Origin: an uncultured cyanobacterium
Lineage (GTDB): Bacteria; Cyanobacteriota; Cyanobacteriia; Cyanobacteriales; CAWCAG01
Direction of reading: 5' to 3'
Assembly: GCA_963803805.1 (NCBI GenBank)
Contig: CAWDOD010000010.1
Span: forward strand, 384,001-448,000
Length of the DNA stretch: 64,000 nt
Below are positions 37,532 to 47,142 of this stretch, in pieces. Position 1 is the stretch's first letter, and each line of letters starts with the position of its first letter. The notes beneath the pieces were generated by a model. It saw nothing but the letters and a program-made list of their open reading frames with translations. It was not told the DNA's origin and did no database searches. The translations under genes were made by a program, and so were the position numbers.

Positions 37532-40500
37532 GTGTATCGGTGTATAGGTGAGATGCTCCAACAAGCAATATTAAGCATTAATACGCTCAAATCCCCAGAG
37601 CGAAAAGAGAGTGCTACCGTACAAGTAGGTATTTTGCACTCCTTAAGTGGCACTTTGGCTTTCAGAGAAACTTCTCTTGTAGAAGCGGAACTGATGGCCA
37701 TAGAAGAGATTAATGCTACAGGAGGGGTACTGGGCAAAATAATTGAGCCAGTTGTTGCTGATGGAGCTTCTGACCCCACTGAATTTGAGCAACTGGCTAA
37801 AGAACTAATTCAAGAGTGTGGTATCAACAATATTTTTGGTTGCTATAGTTCCTCAATTCGTAAAGCTGTCTTACCAATCTTTGAAGAATTGAATGCCCAA
37901 CTTTGGTATCCGGCTCAATATGAAGGGCTAGAATCTTCTAAAAATATTTTTTATACAGGTTCTTGCCCCAACCAACAAGCTGAACCTGGAGTTAATTGGT
38001 TATTGAGTAATGGTAACAAGAAGTTTTACTTAGTCGGTACAGAGGATATTTTTTCCCACGTAGCTCACAAACTGATTAAACAACAGCTTGAACAAGCAGG
38101 AATAGTTGTTGGTGAAGTCTATATGCCTGAAGGCATTGAAAATTTTAGACCTATTTTAGGTAACATTCGACAAATTCAACCTGATGTTATCATTAATACC
38201 CTTAATGAAGCCAGCAATCTTCTGTTTTATAGACAGTATCGAGAGTTAGATTTTCCTGGTGATACTATCGTCATGGCCCTTCGTTTAAGCGAAGTAGAAT
38301 TGCAAGAGATTGGCAAAGATGCCCAAGGAACTTATGCCACTCGCAGCTATTTTCAAAATCTTGATACCCCACGCAACCAAGATTTTATTAGGAATTTTCA
38401 AAATCGCTACGGTAAAAAGCGAGTTATCAACGAAGCTATCGAAACAGCCTATACCCAAGTTTATCTATGGAAACAAGCAGTAGAATTAGCCCAATCATTT
38501 GATTTAGAAAGATTGCGGGTAGCTGTGTATGGAGAAACTTTTAAAGCTCCTAACGGGTTAGTACAACTTGAACCCAACCACCATATTTGGAAACCCTATC
38601 GTATTGCTCAAGTCTTACCCACAGGAAACTTTAGCATCATTCATACTGCTCCTCAACCAGCTAAGCCTCTACCTTGGCTCAGTTTAGGAGAAAATAGTCC
38701 TCACCACTCTGAGGTAGTTACTGGTTTACTTTCAGAAGTTTCTTTGTGGATTCAAAGAGCCAAAGACTTACAAAAAAAATCTTCAGATTTACAGAGCAAT
38801 ATGGCCCAGCTACAAAGGGAAATGGCTCAAACTCAGAGAATTTCAACTCCCTTACCAGAATCTGAAGCTGAACTACAGAGCCTCTTTGAGGCGATGACAA
38901 AACTAATTTTGGTAATTAACAACCAGGGACGCTATCTCAAAATCGCCCCCAACCATAGCGATCTTTCCTACCAAGATGGTAGTCAATTGTTGGGTAAAAC
39001 CCTAGATGAAGTCTTTGACCGTAACCAAGCTGACACTTTTTTAGGTTATATCCAAGAAGCCTTGGAAAGCCAAGAAACTGTTCATTTTGAATATTGCCTC
39101 ACCATTAGAGAAGAGCAATTTTGGTTAGCCGGGAGCCTTTCCCCGATTTCCACAGATTCTGTACTTTGGGTGGCTAGGGACATTAGCCAACAGAAACAAG
39201 AAGAAGAGAATCTTAAACAAGCCAAAATAGAATTAGAAGAGAAAGTTGCTGAGCGTACTGCTGCCTTAAAAGAATCCAATGATCGCTTAGTAGGCGAGGT
39301 TGTCGAACGAACTCAAGCAGAAAAAGAATTAAGGGCCGCTAGAGATCAACTCCAGGCAGTATTAGAAGCAGTGCCTGGAATAGTTTCTCGTATTAGTGAT
39401 GACCTGCACTACCTAGAGGTTAATAGCCATCTAGCAGATATGTTTGAGCTACCCAGAGGAGCCTTTGTCGGCCAAGATATTGGTTTTCTCAATAGTAGCT
39501 CCGAATTCAACGACTTTGTTCGCCAATTTTTTGCGAAAAAAGACATTCAAGATGAATATAAAGAGATATCTGCCATTGTTAAAGGTGAAAAACGTAAGTT
39601 TTTACTAGTAGCTCAAAAATACGACGAAAACCGAGCAACTTTCATTGTTGGTATTGATATTACCAAACGTCATCAGGCAGAACAAGAACTTCTAGAAGCG
39701 AAAGAGCAAATGGAAACGGTGTTAGAAGCTGTACCAGGGATTGTTTCTCGCATCAGCCATGACCTAAGTTACTTAGAAGTTAATAGCCATCTAGCAGAGA
39801 TGTTTGAGCTGCCTAGAGAAGACTTTGTGGGTAAAGATATTGGTTTTCTTAATAGTAGTTCCGAATTTAAAGAATTTGTCCGGCAATTCTTTGCCAAAAA
39901 AGAAGCTCAAGACGAATACACAGAGGTATCTGCCACCTTCAAAGGGGTGGAGAAAAGACTGTTGTTAGTAGCTAGGAAATATAATCATAACCAAGCAACT
40001 TTTATTGTCGGCATTGATATTACTCAACGCCACCGGGTAGAAGAGCAACTTGTAGATGCAAAAGGTCAAATGGAAGCGGTGCTAGAAGCCGTACCAGGAA
40101 TTGTTTCTCGTATTAGCAAAGACCTGAACTACTTAGAAGTTAACCGCCATTTAGCAGAAACGTTTAACTTGCCAAGAGAAGCTTTTGTGGGTCAGAATAT
40201 TGGCTTTCTCAATAGTAGCTCGGAATTTAATACTTTTGTCCGCAAATTTTTTGCTGATAATACGATTCAAGATGCTTTCCGTGAAGTATCAGCTAAGGTT
40301 AACGGTATTGAGCGCAAGTATCTAATTGTTGCTCAAAAATATGATCACAACAAAGCCGCATTTACTATTGGTATTGATATTACTGAACGCCAACAAGCAG
40401 AAGAACGCCTGCGCCAAGCAGAAGCTAAATATCGTAACATTTTTGAAAATGCCGTAGAAGGAATTTTTCAAACAACTCCAGAAGGATACTTTATTAGCGC

Positions 40501-42295
40501 TAATCCTGCCCTAGCACGCATTTACGGTTATGATTCTCCAGAAGATTTAATTATCAACCTGGGGAGTATTGGTGATAATCTCTACGTTGAACCAGGAACT
40601 AGAGCAGAATTTATCCGCAGACTCAATCAGTATGGTTCGGTAGTCGGTTTTGAAGCTCAAGTTTATCGCCGCGACGGCACTTTAACTTGGATTTCTGAAA
40701 ATGCCCGTACCGTTTGTGATGAAGAAGGTAATCTCCTTTTTTACGAAGGTACAGTAGAAGATATAGCCGAACGCAAAGAAGCTCAAGAAGCTCTACAAAG
40801 AGCAAACGAACAGTTAGAAACTAGAGTCGAAGAACGTACTGCTGCTTTAAGAGACTCCAACCGTCAGTTGCTCATTGAAGTTAGTGAACGCCAAAAAGTA
40901 GAAGCGGAATTGCGGGCTTTATTTGCTGCCATGACAGATGTGATTGCGGTGTTTGATGCTCAAGGACGTTATCTTAAAATTGTTTCTACTAATTCAGAAC
41001 TTTTGTACAATCCTTCAACGGAGAGAATTGGCAAGACGGTTTATGAAGTTTTGCCTTCTAGTCAAGCAAAACTGTTTGTCAGTCATATTCAACGGGCCCT
41101 CAACACGGGACAAACAGTTAATTTAGAATACAACTTGCCGGTGACTCCAAATGGTAAAGATGCTCCGATGCAAGAAATGTGGTATGCAGCAAATGTTTCC
41201 CCTATGCCAGATAATTGCGCTATTTGGGTGGCCAGAGATATAACAGAACGCAAGTATGCAGAAAAAGCTTTAGAAAAAGCCGAAGAAAAGTATCGCAGTA
41301 TCTTTGAAAATGCGGCTGAGGGGATTTTCCAAATTGCTCCTGACGGTCGTCATATAAGTGCTAATCCGGCTTTAATTAATATGTATGGTTATCTTTCCTT
41401 AAGAGACTTAATTGGCAGCTTACCTAATGTCAACGAACAACTCTATGTAAACAGGGAACGCCGTCAAGAATTTCTGCGACTTTTGGAACGGGATGAGTTA
41501 GTATCCAACTTTGAATCGCAAATTTATCGTAAAGATGGTAGTATCATCTGGATTTCTGAAAATACTAGGGTAGTACGAGATGAAGTTGGTAAGTTGCTTT
41601 ACTACGAAGGTACAGCCACAGATATTACTAAGCGTAAAGAAGCAGAGGAAGCTTTGCGAGAAGAACAGGCTCGTTCAGAACGCCTCTTACTAAACATTTT
41701 GCCCAAAACCATTGCTGAGCAACTCAAACATTACGAAGGTTCTTTAGCAGAAAGATTTGATGAAGCAACGGTTCTTTTCGCAGATATTGTTGAGTTTACC
41801 CCTATTTCTGCTGATGTTGCCCCGTTAGAATTAGTTAGCACTCTTAATCAAATTTTCTCTTGCTTTGATCAACTGGCCGAAGAGCTTGGTTTAGAAAAAA
41901 TCAAAACTATTGGTGATGCTTATATGGTAGCAGGGGGGTTGCCTGTTCCTAGAGCAGACCATGTTGAAGCGATCGCTGATATAGCCCTAGCTATGCAAAA
42001 AGAAATTGGTCGTTTCAAACAAGAAAATGGTAAACCATTCCGCCTCCGCATCGGTATTAATACAGGACCAGTAGTCGCAGGAGTAATTGGTATTAAGAAA
42101 TTTATCTACGACTTGTGGGGGGATACAGTTAATGTTGCTAGCAGAATGGAATCCCAAGGAGCCGAAGGAGAAATTCAAGTTACCGAAGCTACTTACAAAC
42201 GGTTGCAGGAAAACTATTTATTTATCCATCGAGGTAAAGTGAATATTAAAGGAAAAGGAGATATGAAAACCTATTGGTTAAAGGGAAGAAAATAA
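37532..42295 (+). CDS. Adenylate cyclase with N-terminal UrtA/AmiC-like binding domain and 7 PAS domains (likely start is the ATG at 37553)
   Basis: VGILHSLSGT, ADGASD, RKAVLP and YPAQYEGLE (UrtA-like). PAS repeats follow. Cyclase motifs FADIVEFT, KIKTIGDAYM and YDLWGDTVNVASRMES carry the ATP-specifying K/D. Confidence 0.9.
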   Translation: MYRCIGEMLQQAILSINTLKSPERKESATVQVGILHSLSGTLAFRETSLVEAELMAIEEINATGGVLGKIIEPVVADGASDPTEFEQLAKELIQECGINNIFGCYSSSIRKAVLPIFEELNAQLWYPAQYEGLESSKNIFYTGSCPNQQAEPGVNWLLSNGNKKFYLVGTEDIFSHVAHKLIKQQLEQAGIVVGEVYMPEGIENFRPILGNIRQIQPDVIINTLNEASNLLFYRQYRELDFPGDTIVMALRLSEVELQEIGKDAQGTYATRSYFQNLDTPRNQDFIRNFQNRYGKKRVINEAIETAYTQVYLWKQAVELAQSFDLERLRVAVYGETFKAPNGLVQLEPNHHIWKPYRIAQVLPTGNFSIIHTAPQPAKPLPWLSLGENSPHHSEVVTGLLSEVSLWIQRAKDLQKKSSDLQSNMAQLQREMAQTQRISTPLPESEAELQSLFEAMTKLILVINNQGRYLKIAPNHSDLSYQDGSQLLGKTLDEVFDRNQADTFLGYIQEALESQETVHFEYCLTIREEQFWLAGSLSPISTDSVLWVARDISQQKQEEENLKQAKIELEEKVAERTAALKESNDRLVGEVVERTQAEKELRAARDQLQAVLEAVPGIVSRISDDLHYLEVNSHLADMFELPRGAFVGQDIGFLNSSSEFNDFVRQFFAKKDIQDEYKEISAIVKGEKRKFLLVAQKYDENRATFIVGIDITKRHQAEQELLEAKEQMETVLEAVPGIVSRISHDLSYLEVNSHLAEMFELPREDFVGKDIGFLNSSSEFKEFVRQFFAKKEAQDEYTEVSATFKGVEKRLLLVARKYNHNQATFIVGIDITQRHRVEEQLVDAKGQMEAVLEAVPGIVSRISKDLNYLEVNRHLAETFNLPREAFVGQNIGFLNSSSEFNTFVRKFFADNTIQDAFREVSAKVNGIERKYLIVAQKYDHNKAAFTIGIDITERQQAEERLRQAEAKYRNIFENAVEGIFQTTPEGYFISANPALARIYGYDSPEDLIINLGSIGDNLYVEPGTRAEFIRRLNQYGSVVGFEAQVYRRDGTLTWISENARTVCDEEGNLLFYEGTVEDIAERKEAQEALQRANEQLETRVEERTAALRDSNRQLLIEVSERQKVEAELRALFAAMTDVIAVFDAQGRYLKIVSTNSELLYNPSTERIGKTVYEVLPSSQAKLFVSHIQRALNTGQTVNLEYNLPVTPNGKDAPMQEMWYAANVSPMPDNCAIWVARDITERKYAEKALEKAEEKYRSIFENAAEGIFQIAPDGRHISANPALINMYGYLSLRDLIGSLPNVNEQLYVNRERRQEFLRLLERDELVSNFESQIYRKDGSIIWISENTRVVRDEVGKLLYYEGTATDITKRKEAEEALREEQARSERLLLNILPKTIAEQLKHYEGSLAERFDEATVLFADIVEFTPISADVAPLELVSTLNQIFSCFDQLAEELGLEKIKTIGDAYMVAGGLPVPRADHVEAIADIALAMQKEIGRFKQENGKPFRLRIGINTGPVVAGVIGIKKFIYDLWGDTVNVASRMESQGAEGEIQVTEATYKRLQENYLFIHRGKVNIKGKGDMKTYWLKGRK
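39361..40440 (+). repeat. Three tandem 360-bp PAS-domain repeats inside the cyclase
   Basis: LEAVPGIVSRIS.DL.YLEVN.HLA..F.LPR..FVG..IGFLNSSSEF units start near 39361, 39721 and 40081. Confidence 0.9.
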
Positions 42296-42341
42296 AATAG
42301 CTTTTTTAAGTAGTTGCTAGTTGGTAGTTGCGCTGTTATTT

Positions 42342-42746
42342 CTATTTCAGATCAGATAAGTTATTGAATACTTTTTCTACTAATTTTTGAGCTTTTTCCT
42401 CTAAAAGTTCCCAATTCACTTCTCCTGTGTTAGATAATAGAGTTGTATCAATTTCTACTTCGTAACTGAAGTTAACCAAGTCTGTAACAACATGGATGCG
42501 TTCAGGGTTATAGTTACTGAAGCAGACTTGAAAACACAAATCCCAAATATCTATTTCAATTTTACTTTCTCGGCGAGATAAAACTAATTTATAACCAGGA
42601 AAAGGATTGTTGGCTTCTTGATAATCTGCCTTCCAAGTAGTTTTTTCAACTTGTTTGCGAAGATTGTCAAGTACTCGGATAAAAGTAGGCTGCATCAAAA
42701 TTTGCGCCTGTTGCCAAGCGAGGGTATTTTTAAATTTGGGTTTCAT
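42342..42746 (-). CDS. Hypothetical protein
   Basis: 134-aa ORF with no recognisable catalytic motif. Confidence 0.7.
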   Translation of the reverse strand: MKPKFKNTLAWQQAQILMQPTFIRVLDNLRKQVEKTTWKADYQEANNPFPGYKLVLSRRESKIEIDIWDLCFQVCFSNYNPERIHVVTDLVNFSYEVEIDTTLLSNTGEVNWELLEEKAQKLVEKVFNNLSDLK

Positions 42747-42787
42747 ATTATGACATTAATCATTAATCATTAATCATTTAACATTTA

Positions 42788-44467
42788 TCATTTTTGCTCT
42801 CCATTTGAAGTAACTAATTGCAAAGCTGAAGCATTTTCTAGCCACAAAGATTGACGAGGTGCGCCGATGGTTATGTTTGCTTCATCGAAGGCTAGTTTTA
42901 AGCGACGGCGAAACTCTCTTCCTAAGCCTAAATGCTTGCCGGGTTGAGTTTTCAAGAAGAACAAGATTTCAATCCCCCTACTGCTAATATTATTAACCCC
43001 TAAGACATTAACCGGGTCAATAACTGAATCTTGCCAGTCTGGATCTTGTTGCATTCCTTCTGCTACTTCCCGAATTACCATTAGGGCTTGATCAACATCA
43101 ACATTAGGACTAATCTCAATAGTTAAATCGATACGCGACCAATCTTTAGTTAAGTTATGGGCAGTGGTAATTCTACTATTAGAAACTGTACTTAAACGTC
43201 CCCCCGAACCACGAATTTGGGTCATACGGAGATTCATATTTTCTACGAAGCCTCTAGTTTCTCCCACATCAACTATATCGCCAATGGCAAACTGATCTTC
43301 CCAAAGAATTAAAATGCCGTTGATGATATCTCTAATTAAATTTTGTGAACTAAAGGAAACAGCAAAGCCAATTATTCCGGCCCCAGCTAATATTGGGGCA
43401 ATGGGAATATGTAGTTTGTGAAGGAATAAAATAGTACCGATGAAAATGCCTAAAAAAGTAATGAGACTACGACAAACTTGAGATAATGTTGTTAAACGAG
43501 CTATTTGTCGTGGGGAAGCAGTTGGTTTTTGCGATTGTTGTTCAAACCATCTTTTGAAGCCGTAATCAAGGAGGAAGATACTACCTCGAATTACCAAGAT
43601 AGTGCCGATAACAATTCCGACTAAAATTGGTTTAGTAAGTAACCAATCTTGAAATCGACGAGTGTAGGGAAACAAGCCAACAATCCAAGCTAAACCTATA
43701 ACCCAAAAGATAAATAAACTGAGTAGCAAAAGCGATCTTTTAAGCTGATTAATATTAAGCTGGCGTTGCCAAATGAGCTTTTTTTGAGCATATTTCATCC
43801 CCTCGTCTTCTGAGTCGAGGTGTGATTCTTTTGTTGGGGGTTGAGGTTGCCCTTCGTGAATTTTCTCCCAACTATGAATAAGACGTTGATGCCAAAATAT
43901 CCAGAGGAAACTAACTATAATTAATCCTAAAAGGATTCCTCCAGCTACCAAACCTTGGTGTTGTAAGTATTCTTTTTGACGCTCCCGTTGTGCTTGAATA
44001 AGAGCAGGGCGAATGATGCGAGTTAAATGTTGAGCTAATTCCTGTACAGATAAGCCGTGAATTTGGGCATCTAACTCTGTTACCGTCATTAAAGCTTGTT
44101 CTTTTAATTGCTTTTCATCGGAGACAAAAATAATAGTTTGACCTTGGCGATCGCGAGGTGTTACAGATAAACTGCGAGGCTCAAAATCTGTGGCGAGGAT
44201 TTGCGAGAGGGCAGTTTCATACATTTCTACTCGCATTTCTAAAGGAGAGATGATATTAGGAGAATTAGGATTATTTGAGTTGCCAATATTCGCAGCAATT
44301 TGAAATAAATTTCTCCCATCTAAGGTTATGGGTGCATAAACTATATTGCCTGGGGTGACTTCTGAGGTGGCGGCCATGAGAGGATTGGAACAGCTTAAGA
44401 TAGTTAAAGTTAAGCTGAGGAAACTGATAAATAAAAATCTTTTTAGGGAAGGAATAGCAGTTTTCAT
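42788..44467 (-). CDS. Mechanosensitive channel, MscS family
   Basis: LAGAGIIGFAVSFSSQNLIRD, EDQFAIGD, G.VE.MNLR.T; periplasmic N-terminal domain. Confidence 0.9.
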   Translation of the reverse strand: MKTAIPSLKRFLFISFLSLTLTILSCSNPLMAATSEVTPGNIVYAPITLDGRNLFQIAANIGNSNNPNSPNIISPLEMRVEMYETALSQILATDFEPRSLSVTPRDRQGQTIIFVSDEKQLKEQALMTVTELDAQIHGLSVQELAQHLTRIIRPALIQAQRERQKEYLQHQGLVAGGILLGLIIVSFLWIFWHQRLIHSWEKIHEGQPQPPTKESHLDSEDEGMKYAQKKLIWQRQLNINQLKRSLLLLSLFIFWVIGLAWIVGLFPYTRRFQDWLLTKPILVGIVIGTILVIRGSIFLLDYGFKRWFEQQSQKPTASPRQIARLTTLSQVCRSLITFLGIFIGTILFLHKLHIPIAPILAGAGIIGFAVSFSSQNLIRDIINGILILWEDQFAIGDIVDVGETRGFVENMNLRMTQIRGSGGRLSTVSNSRITTAHNLTKDWSRIDLTIEISPNVDVDQALMVIREVAEGMQQDPDWQDSVIDPVNVLGVNNISSRGIEILFFLKTQPGKHLGLGREFRRRLKLAFDEANITIGAPRQSLWLENASALQLVTSNGEQK

Positions 44468-44535
44468 GACGTTTATTGTAAGCCTTAATTAATCTAGCTT
44501 AGATGCAAGAAATACTACCATTAATAAGTGGTGTT

Positions 44536-45837
44536 TTAACTTTGGAATGTTAAAAGTCCCAGAACATCATCGGCTAATTTTTCCATTGTCTCCTTACTAA
44601 TCGAAGGTTGAGAAACTACAAAGTTAAAAATCATCTTACCTTGAAAGGTTGTTACTGCTACAGTTAAAGTTCTTCCAAAAATAACGTTGGCAGGGAGAAA
44701 GCTAATTTCTTTTAACTCCAACTCTCCATATTTTGTTGGTGTATTTAACCTACCTAAGTTAGTTACAGAACTTGTTAGAGAAAGTTGATCAGGATTTGCT
44801 AGAGAATAACTAGCAACTTGTTTCATTAATCTCAAAGGCTTAAAGTAATCTTCTCTGCTTAATCCTAATCTAATCTCTTTACTTATTTCCTGAGCTAATT
44901 GCCAAAAAGTTTTTTCTGGGGTTAGGGTGTGGAAAGTATTGATAAAAGAGATGAAAATTCCCATAGCACTGAGGGGAATGGCTGGTTTGGTACGTCTGCG
45001 TAAATCAACATAGGAACTACAAGAAACATTGATGTTTCTAATTTCGCCATTTCTAATTTGATTGGCTACCGCAATAGACATTGCAGCACATAAGGCTCCC
45101 TGAATTGTAGTGTTATTTCCTTTACTCAAATCAACTAATTTATTGGTTAACTCTACTTTTAAATACCTTTGAGTCATGAGGCAACTGCGAGATTCAAGAG
45201 GTACTTTAAGTTCATTTTCAAGACATTCTGGTTTAAACAAAAACATCTTAATTTTCGTTTTCAATAAAAACAAAGCACTTGCCAAAAAACCTCTATAACC
45301 CTGTATTTTTTCTAGTGAAAAATCCTTTTTTAACTGAAAACTAGAAAAATCACTATTAGGAGTGGGAAATTGTCCAGAGGCAACCATTTTGTAAAACTTT
45401 AATAGTTCTGCTTGTAATTGTACAGCAGATAAGCCATCGGCAATACCGTGGTGAATAGTGGCAATCAAATAAGTTTTTTGCTGATTTTTCCAAAGTACAT
45501 AACGTAACAAGCATTCATGACTATTGGTTGGTTTGTTTGACTCTTCTGCTACTATATCTTGCCAAGAATTATAAGAGTTGCTCTTTACTACCTGGAGAGG
45601 AATTTTCTTGGTTCCTTCCTCAGTGAACTTTAAGCTATTAAAAGAACCCGAAATACGCCAATTGAGCCGAGGATAAGTAACTTGAAGCAAATCCAAACTT
45701 TTCCTAAGAATTGCCTCGTCAACTTCTCCTTCAATACAACTAATTACTACTATATTTAAAGAACCACTATGGCGATTAAACAATTCCATAGCTTGTTCCC
45801 TAGAAACCAGGCTTCTATCTTTAACCATTAATACCAA
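44536..45837 (-). CDS. Stand-alone CoA-dependent acyltransferase (condensation/PapA5-like fold)
   Basis: HHGIADG (HHxxxDG), VDLRRR, VTNLG. Confidence 0.8.
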   Translation of the reverse strand: MVLMVKDRSLVSREQAMELFNRHSGSLNIVVISCIEGEVDEAILRKSLDLLQVTYPRLNWRISGSFNSLKFTEEGTKKIPLQVVKSNSYNSWQDIVAEESNKPTNSHECLLRYVLWKNQQKTYLIATIHHGIADGLSAVQLQAELLKFYKMVASGQFPTPNSDFSSFQLKKDFSLEKIQGYRGFLASALFLLKTKIKMFLFKPECLENELKVPLESRSCLMTQRYLKVELTNKLVDLSKGNNTTIQGALCAAMSIAVANQIRNGEIRNINVSCSSYVDLRRRTKPAIPLSAMGIFISFINTFHTLTPEKTFWQLAQEISKEIRLGLSREDYFKPLRLMKQVASYSLANPDQLSLTSSVTNLGRLNTPTKYGELELKEISFLPANVIFGRTLTVAVTTFQGKMIFNFVVSQPSISKETMEKLADDVLGLLTFQS

Positions 45838-45903
45838 AATATCTAAATTACCACGAATTTCTATGGCTACTAATTATCCGTATTTCACCATCAAAATAAA
45901 TTT

Positions 45904-46111
45904 GCTGAGGCGATCGCGATTTTTGAGGTAGTGTTAGAGCAATTTGTTGCAGTTATGCCATGCCGGAAGCAAAAATTATTCACCTTGCTACCCATAGCTT
46001 ACTTGATGAAGGGAATACTTAAACCTAAATATACCCGGTGAAGCGCTTTAGCTCCTTCCGCCACAGAAGATGACTTAACTTACCACCGGGAAAATATTTG
46101 ATCTACACTTA
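45904..46111 (+). pseudogene. Degraded fragment of a CHAT (caspase-like) domain gene
   Basis: Pieces in shifting frames: AEAIAI / MPEAKIIHLATHSLLDE / IPG / ALAPSATED / LTTGKIFDLHL. Confidence 0.75.
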
Positions 46112-46591
46112 GCCCCAATTAACCTCCTTTTCTACACCAAAGCCATCTTGAATGGTATGGTTAGTATAAGAATTTGCCCTTGATTGAACAACAAGCCAAA
46201 TAAGCTCTTCTGTAGCTGAAGTGTTTCTCAAACAACGTTCTCCTTGAGGATCTACTCGTACTGTTGTTCCCTCCCTTAAAGGAAATATTTGACCATCAAC
46301 TTGAAATTCTCCTTCACCACGAATAAAAATATAGATTTCTTCGTTGAGACGATGTTTGTGATAAAAAGGAATCGATTGTTGGGGTGGGAGATTGTTAAGA
46401 GATATTTCTGCACTAGTGAGGTTGAGAAGTTGCTTAAGAAAGACTTTGCCCTCAAACTTAAAAGATTTTTCCGGAACTTCAAAGCTGTACTGGTGTAGCC
46501 CAGAAAAGTTTCCCAACTCGGCAACAGCAAAGTTTTGTCCTATTTTGGGTGCAAGGGAAGATTGGGTCATAATTTTACTTGTAAATTGCAA
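46109..46591 (-). CDS. Cupin domain protein
   Basis: PFYHKHRLNEEIYIFIRGEG cupin motif 1. Confidence 0.85.
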   Translation of the reverse strand: MQFTSKIMTQSSLAPKIGQNFAVAELGNFSGLHQYSFEVPEKSFKFEGKVFLKQLLNLTSAEISLNNLPPQQSIPFYHKHRLNEEIYIFIRGEGEFQVDGQIFPLREGTTVRVDPQGERCLRNTSATEELIWLVVQSRANSYTNHTIQDGFGVEKEVNWG

Positions 46592-46625
46592 TTTAAAATT
46601 TATCTTAGGATGAGTAGCTTGTAAA

Positions 46626-47021
46626 ATGCAAGTAGTATTTTATTCAAGTAACTTTAATTCTTGTAAGATGTCCCAAGAGCAACGTTCCCCTTGTCCTATT
46701 GCCCGTACCCTAGATTTAATAGGCGATCGCTGGACGTTACTTGTGATTAGAGATATGATGTTTTTCGACAAGCATCGCTTTGAAGAATTTTTAGCCTCAG
46801 CAGAAGGTATTTCTACTAACATCCTCACCAATCGCCTCAAATCCTTAGAAGATTTAGGTTTAGTTAAAAAGCAGCCTTATAGCAACCATCGCCGTCGTAT
46901 GAATTACCAGCTTACAGAAAAAGGGGAAAGTCTGCGTCCTGTTTTAAAAGTAATCACTGCTTGGGGTTTGAAACATATTCCTGAAACAAGAATTCCTGAA
47001 GAAAAGGATAAATCAATTTAG
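46626..47021 (+). CDS. HxlR-family winged-helix regulator, divergent from the cupin gene (likely start near 46668)
   Basis: CPIARTLDLIGDRWTLLVIRD, GISTNILTNRLK, YQLTEKG. Confidence 0.9.
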   Translation: MQVVFYSSNFNSCKMSQEQRSPCPIARTLDLIGDRWTLLVIRDMMFFDKHRFEEFLASAEGISTNILTNRLKSLEDLGLVKKQPYSNHRRRMNYQLTEKGESLRPVLKVITAWGLKHIPETRIPEEKDKSI

Positions 47022-47142
47022 CTGCGGTTGTTTGTTTTTTTAGCAAACACTTAACTTAAACAGGGTTTGGTATCATAAACAGGTTCTGGCATAGCAGCCG
47101 TATCAGCCCACATCAAATTAGGATTCTTTCCCAACTAAGTTT

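Noticed and set aside
44536-45837. NRPS biosynthetic gene cluster
   Set aside because: Only a lone HHxxxDG enzyme; no adenylation or carrier domains in the window.
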